A program made the translations under genes and the position numbers. A stretch of 64,000 nucleotides of DNA, taken from positions 9,300,001 to 9,364,000 of the forward strand of contig OZ024743.1 of assembly GCA_964016885.1 (NCBI GenBank). Reading direction: 5' to 3'. The notes beneath the pieces are model-generated. The model was not told where the DNA came from. It saw only the letters and a list, made by a program, of their open reading frames with translations, and searched no databases. The stretch is from Eledone cirrhosa. Its lineage: Eukaryota. Shown in pieces: positions 57,235-64,000 of the stretch (position 1 is the stretch's first letter; every line of letters starts with the position of its first letter).

Positions 57235-57672
57235 GATTTCTTCCAGCGAGTCCTGTCAGAAGCAATAGTCTCCAACTGATCCCGTTGAATCCCCAATCGA
57301 GACCAGCCAAGCTCATGGATGTTATACAACCATGTTGCTCGTGGTCTACCTCTGGGTCTCCTGCCGGTTGTTTTTAACCATAAAATCTATCCAGCGATTC
57401 TTTCCTGAGACATTCTAACCACATGCCCATAGAATCGGAGCTGTGATCTCTTATTTCGGAGAAGTAGCGGCTCTACATGGAGCGAATCTCTATTGTAAAA
57501 CTTTGCTGCAAAGAGCCATCGGAGGAAGCTGATCGTATTCTTTCGGTCAATATACAAGATTCATGACCATAGGTAATTGTTGGCACGAATACCGAATTGA
57601 AGAAAGCGAGTTTGGCTTTTATACCTTCTTCCCTTCTGACTACCGAATGCTGAAGCTGGCGCATTATTGGGG
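57235..57672 (-). mobile_element. RTE-clade LINE C-terminal fragment (palindrome spacer)
   Basis: MRQLQHSVV..IKAKLAFFNSVFVPTITYGHES..TERIRS; RSQLRFYGHVVRMSQER..GRRPRGRPRATW..DRTRW. Confidence 0.85.
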
Positions 57673-58667
57673 CTGTGGATTGGCAGTATCGGTAGAGGGT
57701 CGGACGCCATGCTTTACAGCAAAGAGTTACGGCCCATTATGGTCAGAGTTCAAATCCTGCCGAGGTTAACTTTGCCTTGCATCCTTACAGGGTCAATAAA
57801 ATAAAGTACCAGTAATACACTAGGTTAATTGTTGACCTTGTGCCTAAAGTAGAAACAATTATTGCACCAGCTCCTGCACTATCGCTCAACTGTCTAGAAT
57901 TCGAAGTCAACTTACTCTCATATCACCCTGTAGCGTCATACATACGCATATATCTAAGAATGTAGTCATTGATATATAAAAAGAGTCAGCATGTTCACGT
58001 CTTTCATTCTGACCATGTGTCTGTCGATCGTGATGGATTATAGCTGATCTTAAACTACTAACAATATTATACAAATTTACCTCAACATTTTAAATTACAC
58101 ACGGACATATTGGACAATGTAGTTCTATATATACAAGACGAGATAATATATATATGTATAATGCACCAGTAATGCACCAGTTCGTACTAGTACTCAATAC
58201 ATATAGTCAATAAAGTATATTCATTATTATCTTTTTACTCATGAACAAAAGATCTCACTATTTGTTAGAAATTTCAATATATTTGAAGTTATTTTCATAA
58301 TCAATTAAAGTTTATATTGAAGTGTTTATTATGAAGTTTAAACAAGTGATTTTTGTTTTTGATTCTCTTAACATATCAATAAATATTAGCTTAGGTGTTT
58401 AATTTTCAAACATACTCAAATTTCCAAATAGACAAAAAAAAAAAATAGACTTCGTTTGGGTTTAACAACGGCTATAATATTATTCTGCTGGTCGTAACGT
58501 GTCTTTGAGCGTAACTATCTTAGCAACAATAACAACGAATTTTGTAGACATTCGGCATATTTAAGACAATCAAACAAATTTGAGTGTTAAAAGGTTGAAC
58601 AAAACTTAACTAGGGAACAGAAACGAAAACATAGTCGAAATCAGTATTATTATTTGTACCGTCTTTA

Positions 58668-59090
58668 GGGTGGTGGATTGGCAGTATCGGTAGAGGGTCG
58701 GACGCCATGCTTTTCAGCATAGAGTTATGGCCCTTTATGATGTGAGTTCAAATCCCGCGAGGTAAACTTTGCATTTCGTCCTTAAGGGGGCCGATAAAAT
58801 AAAGAACCAGTAATACACTGGGTAATTGCTGGCCTTGTGCCAAAAGTAGAAACAATTATTTCATTGGAGAAAATATCTACAATTGATGCTAGACAAATGA
58901 AATTCGTATGATTATATAGACTGAATAATTGTTTCTACTATTGGCACAAGGCCAGCAATTACCCAGTACATTACTGGTACTTTATTTTATCGACCCCGTA
59001 AACATGAAAGGCAAAGTTAACCTCGGCGGGATTTGAACTCAGAATGGCAAGGGCCGTAACTCTATGCGTCAAAGCATGGCGCCCGACCCT
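58668..59090. mobile_element. Two convergent SINE copies (58668-58860 +, 58925-59090 -)
   Basis: Consensus matches. Confidence 0.85.
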
Positions 59091-59719
59091 AATAATGCCA
59101 ACACACTACTGTTTTTCATAAAATTCATTTAATTTCTTCTAGGCAATTTTATTTTTGTAGACCGCTATTTCTGTACTAGCCAATTCGATTACTAATACTT
59201 CGATAAATTATGGCGAGGCCACATCTAGATCAAAATGTTCCACGAACCATAGCATACCCTCACGTGTCTCCTGCATTTAACGAAAAAAAAAAATAATACT
59301 ATTAATCAACTGATATTACTTTTTTCATCATTGCATATTTTAATCTACTTTAGCTTTTCAGTGCTTCATACATTAAATATGTTGATAACTACATACTCAC
59401 CTGAATAAAGGCGACAGTTGAAAAACACCTAAATAATCTACAGGAAATTAAAATGATATTGGGGCATCAGTAATTGAAACATCTCGAATGTCAAATATTA
59501 CTTCAGAGAAAGAGAACTATGGAAATATGTAGACATAATCTCATTCAGTTCTCTTCCCAGCGGCTATATTAATATTATGAATGCATTTTCTATATCTTCA
59601 AAGCTGCTTAATATTAAGCTATATTAAACAATTTAGAAAAATTCTGTTTTCTATCTCTAAAACAGAAATAAAGATATATAGTATATATAAAGATATATAG
59701 TATATATAGTGTATACAAT

Positions 59720-59860
59720 TCTTTCTAATATTGGCACAAGGCCAGCAATTAAGGTTTGGGAAAGGAAAGTCGATTATATCTACCATAGTGCATAACTAGT
59801 ACTGTTATTTGGTCCACCTCGAAAGGGTTAAAGGCAAAGTTGACATCGGCGGGATTTGAA
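59720..59860 (-). mobile_element. Diverged SINE copy
   Basis: ggcacaaggccagcaatt..aaggcaaagttgac.tcggcgggatttgaa. Confidence 0.7.
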
Positions 59861-60637
59861 TTTATTGCTTTCTAATTTAGGCATAAAGTCAGTAATTTTA
59901 TGAGAAAAGAAAGTCAATTATGCCTGGCATATATGGTAGCATATACAATATATATAATAAACATACATATATCTCATTCTTGGAAATTTACCACAGTATC
60001 TGTGTGAAAATGCCAAATAGTAGGATTTCAAGATCGTTACCCATCATCAGTGATGTTTTAAAGTGAAACAAATAAAAGAAACGTTATTTCAATACTATTA
60101 CCTAATTATTTCTTTTTAAAATAAAAGTGAAGGGAATTGAGAAACGTTATACCAATAAGGTGATGGCTGGCCGCTGTACACCTTGGGTATGGAGAGGCTA
60201 ACCAGTCCTTATCTACCAATAAACTCTCACATATGGCTCCCAATGCCACGCCATGATAAACCGCTTCATTAAGCAGGGAGTGATGTTGACATGACGTCAC
60301 TGGAAGGATGAATTTCTCTGTCTTTGGATACAACAGCCAGACAGGATGTGTTTTCTAGAGGAAACTCAACGGTCATGCGCGCGATATTAGAGAGAAACGC
60401 CTTGCTGGAGGATATCAGTCGGGTTGCATTTGCTCAAGACAACCTGCATAATGTAGGGTCTAGGGAAAAGTGAAGTGATATCTAAAGTATACATGTAAAT
60501 GTATTGTTATCTAGTTGTATGTATACTACACTCATACACTCCCATATAAATACGCCATACACACAGACACACACGTATAAAAATAAACCCTCACACACAT
60601 ATATATATATGATACTATGGTAGTATATATATATATA

Positions 60638-60699
<62 letters not shown>

Positions 60700-60703
<4 letters not shown>

Positions 60704-61100
60704 ACAAACAGGAGGCTGGACTGGCGTAAATCCTTGAAAAGTTTATTATACTATGATCATTTCAATGACCGGGTTCAGTATGAATCGGGTGACATCATCA
60801 GGTATTCAAAATATAACAAAGGAATATAACAGATGAAATACATGGGGCTGAAAATCAGAGACAAGAGGACGACAGACTATTTAGCAGCTTCTCCCTCAGT
60901 CGGCCGCCCTCGGTCATTGAAAGGATTTACACCAGTCCAGCCTCCTGTTATTTTATAATAATTAACTCCGTACTCGCACCATCAACTACACAACTGAAGA
61001 CGGGTGAGTTGCATTACGTTGAGTGCTCTCCATAATATTACATCGAGGTTGACCATACGGAATGACCAGTGCTATCCAGTGGTGAACCAACAAACCTAAA

Positions 61101-61105
<5 letters not shown>
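60700..61105. mobile_element. PLE-like insert with inverted segments, TA-flanked
   Basis: 60707-60735 is the reverse complement of 60921-60949; 60760-60771 of 60911-60922. Confidence 0.6.
60748..60805 (-). ncRNA. Type I hammerhead motif
   Basis: Minus: atac-CTGATGA-tgtcacccgattcatactgaacccggtcatt-GAAAT-gatc-ATA-gtat. Confidence 0.7.
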
Positions 61106-61137
<32 letters not shown>

Positions 61138-61164
61138 ATATGTATGTATATATATATATATGTG

Positions 61165-61365
61165 TATCCCGGGTTTAATGGGGGGGGGGGGGGGTAACTG
61201 CACTAAGTAAGGTGCTCAATACATAGCAGAGTATACATTTTTAATATAGAAATGGTTTTTACAGGACTAGAACTGTTTCATTCAAAGGAAATCATCAGGA
61301 AAGCGCCGAGGATTTCCTTCGAATGAAACCGTTCCAGTCCTGTAGAAGCCATTTCAATATTAAAT
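61165..61365. mobile_element. PLE-like fold-back fragment with HHR-like cores on both arms
   Basis: 61241-61294 vs 61311-61363 inverted. Minus CTGATGA tttc ctttg aat GAAAC..GTC; plus CCGAGGA tttc cttc gaat GAAAC..GTC. No clear stem I. Confidence 0.55.
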
Positions 61366-61379
61366 ATATAAATATAAGA

Positions 61380-61452
<73 letters not shown>

Positions 61453-61605
61453 ATACTTTGGGAGGGTCATGTTGCCAATAAGAAACACACGCACCAGTTG
61501 CTTTCACTTCAATTTAATTTAATATATATTTATAAATTTACAAATTTATAAATTTCTGGTTGTTTGGTTGGTTCCACAACCAGATAGTTGTTTATATATA
61601 TATAT

Positions 61606-61650
61606 AGTCATAGTTCTTTCGTCACACACTCTGTGACCTCTTCAGTGACT
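61606..61650 (-). ncRNA. Type I hammerhead motif (mirror copy)
   Basis: Reverse complement of 61812-61856. Confidence 0.75.
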
Positions 61651-61811
61651 GGGGATTTCTTTCTTCGTTTCTGTGCCTTTCCTTTCTTCTATCCTACGCC
61701 ATTTTGTTTCTGTGCCTTTCCTTTCTTCTATCCTACGCCATTTTGTTGGCGAAAACAAAATGGCGTAGGATAGAAGAAAGGAAAGGCACAGAAACGAAGA
61801 AAGAAATCCCC

Positions 61812-61856
61812 AGTCACTGAAGAGGTCACAGAGTGTGTGACGAAAGAACTATGACT
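61812..61856 (+). ncRNA. Type I hammerhead motif
   Basis: agtca-CTGAAGA-g gtcaca gagtg tgtgac-GAAAG-aa-CTA-tgact. One extra G at the base of stem II. Confidence 0.75.
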
Positions 61857-62071
61857 ATATATATATATAAACAACTATCTGGTTGTGGAACCAACCAAAC
61901 AACCAGAAATTTATAAATTTGTAAATTTATAAATATATATTAAATTAAATTGAAGTGAAAGCAACTGGTGCGTGTGTTTCTTATTGGCAACATGACCCTC
62001 CCAAAGTATAACAATATCGGTTTCAACACACGATTTCAGATAAAGAATCTTGCTAAACAAATTCAGAAACG

Positions 62072-62121
<50 letters not shown>

Positions 62122-62128
<7 letters not shown>

Positions 62129-62518
62129 AATATGAAAATAATGGAGCTGCGGCGTTGCAAATGGGTTACATATGAAAACGTTTGTCCTTCATCAGTGGTC
62201 TTCCAACCGTCCTAGGCATTTCATCGCTTTAAAGACCATATACCTCAGGTTGGTGCGAGCAACGGCTAAAAAAAGTCGTTGGGACACTTAAATAAAGGGG
62301 ACGCTAGGGTAAACAAACAAAATGGTTTAAGCAACAGAAAGTGACAAGTCCCAGATTTCTATGAATATAAATTCGGTGAAATCGTGAACGAGAGAATAAA
62401 GACCATCAAACCTGGTTGAAATATGAGCAAGGAAGGAATTTCTCACAGGCCTAACGGGAGGAAGAAGAAGAAGGGGTCTGGTCTGCGAATTCGGTAAACA
62501 TAAGTTCTGTGAAGTCGC

Positions 62519-62606
<88 letters not shown>

Positions 62607-63020
62607 ACATTCATACCGGCTTGGCCAAGAGCGCGTGAGAAAAGAATTACGGACAGGTCAAACGGGAAGAAAGAGGAGGAGGAGAGGTAGTGACAGAGAA
62701 TGAGTGAGTGAAGGGTGAGGAAGAGGCTAACAGAGAGAGAGAGACTGCTAGAAAGGGTAAAGATACAAAGAACGAAACAGACGCGTAGCAGCAGAGGAAA
62801 AAATATATGTGTAAATATGATAATAATGGAGCTGCGGTGTTGATCACTTTCTGTTGCTTAAACCATTTTGTTTGTTTACCCTAGCGTCCCCTTTATTTAA
62901 GTGTCCCAACGACTTTTTTTAGCCGTTGCTCGCACCAACCTGAGGTATATGGTCTTTAAAGCGATGAAATGCCTAGGACGGTTGGAAGACCACTGATGAA
63001 GGACAAACTTTTTCATATAT
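62122..63020 (-). mobile_element. PLE-like element with inverted head and partial tandem tail
   Basis: 62171-62344 is the reverse complement of 62844-63018; taatggagctgcgg.gttg is repeated directly at ~62138 and ~62824. Carries a half HHR (ccaCTGATGAagg) and an internal (GA)n. Confidence 0.6.
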
Positions 63021-63050
63021 ATATATATATATATAGTATGTTATAAAATA

Positions 63051-63240
63051 TAATTGTTTCTACTTTAGGCACAAGGCCAGCAATTACCCAGTGCATTACT
63101 GGTACTTTATTTTATCGACCCCGTAAGGATGAAAGGCAAAGTCAACCTCGGCGGGATTTGAACTCAGATCGTAAAGGGACGTAACTATGCTGGAAAGCAT
63201 GGCGTCCGACCCTCTACCGATACTGCCAATCCACCGCCCT
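63051..63240 (-). mobile_element. SINE (dominant family, near consensus)
   Basis: Full-length reverse-complement match. Confidence 0.9.
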
Positions 63241-63261
63241 TTATAAAATATAATGGCGCTG

Positions 63262-63740
63262 GTTCAACAACAAAATGTACTCTGTGCTCAGACCACAACA
63301 TGGCCCCCAAGTAGATAAAAACTGCTTGCCGCTCCTGGCTAAAGGAGGATGGTGGAGCAATCCTCACGATGGACTCAGTTGTTAGCAGATGTTCGACATA
63401 AACCCACAAGTCAGCGATGCTCGGACACTAAACGAGTACGTGTAGGGCGGTCTCGGCTGACGGCACTTCCATGCCTGTAAAGTTAATGACGAACTGGCAA
63501 AGTTCCTCGGTAACACTGCCGGGCCAGGGACTTCTGGAAATTATCCATTGGCCCTGGACCGAAAGTCTTCCCGAAGAGAATAGCCAGAGTTTCCCCAAGG
63601 ACGTCGTCGCTCTTTCCCTCCACTAACCCTCTATAGAACGCCAAGGTGGAGTTTCCACCGTGCGCATCGCCCGACCGGTCGAGGGCTGTGAGCGCCTGAA
63701 GGCATTCCAGTCTCCAAGTGCTTTCTCTCGGTCTTCGCAA
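63262..63740 (-). mobile_element. Tx1/L1-clade LINE ORF2 C-terminal fragment
   Basis: TLAFYRGLVE..FGPGPMDNFQKSLARQCYRGTLPVRH*LYRHG (zf-RVT-like region). Confidence 0.7.
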
Positions 63741-64000
63741 AGTTAACCACGGCTGGATTTGAACTCAGAACGTAAAGGGCCGTAGCTCTATGCAGCAAAG
63801 CATGGCGTCCGACTCTCTACTGATACGGCCAATAATAATTGTTTCTTATATAGGCACAATTATAAAAATAGGTCAGCAATTTTGGGGGAGGGGAAAGTTG
63901 ATTAAATCGACCCCAGTGGGTGACTTATACTTTATTTTATCGACCCCGTAAGAATGAAAGGCAAAGTGGGATTTGAACTCAGACCGCAAAGGACCGTAAC
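63740..64000 (-). mobile_element. Two further SINE copies (partial)
   Basis: Consensus segments at 63740-63832 and 63835-64000. Confidence 0.8.

Larger units (their letters stand above)
55496..58959. repeat. Large near-perfect inverted duplication
   Basis: 56006-57234 = reverse complement of 57580-58809 with a few substitutions; 55496-55660 = reverse complement of ~58795-58959; 345 bp spacer. Confidence 0.95.
61445..62055. mobile_element. ~570 bp palindromic PLE-like insert
   Basis: 61445-61707 is the reverse complement of 61754-62017. A 39-40 bp tandem duplication and a 6 nt loop lie at the centre. TA-flanked. Confidence 0.85.

Noticed and set aside
57045-57769. Near-identical ORFs on opposite strands (57045-, 57563+) suggesting a gene pair
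   Set aside because: Antisense LINE/SINE junction duplicated by the palindrome.

Overview
This is AT-rich, repeat-dense eukaryotic DNA, most likely octopus/cephalopod intergenic or intronic sequence (inferred from the SINE families and the very high (TA)n/(CA)n load). No intact host gene was found; almost all supplied ORFs are microsatellite translation artefacts. The window contains: (1) many copies of one tRNA-derived SINE plus older SINE families; (2) decayed LINEs (RTE-type, Tx1/L1-type, CR1/Jockey-like, a Dong/R4 3' end in (TAA)n); (3) decayed hAT and pogo-like transposases and MITEs; (4) minisatellites; (5) a ~3.5 kb near-perfect inverted duplication. The main signal is a dense set of type I hammerhead ribozyme (HHR) motifs read by eye: about 12 clear ones and several partial ones, from several unrelated Penelope-like (PLE) families. 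They mostly sit in (TA)n tracts, often with fold-back inverted 5' ends. They include U3:A8 compensatory-core variants, forms with a greatly extended stem II, recurring U.U or C.A 10.1:11.1 appositions, and one ~570 bp palindrome with an HHR on each strand. All calls are manual; no database search or folding program was run.
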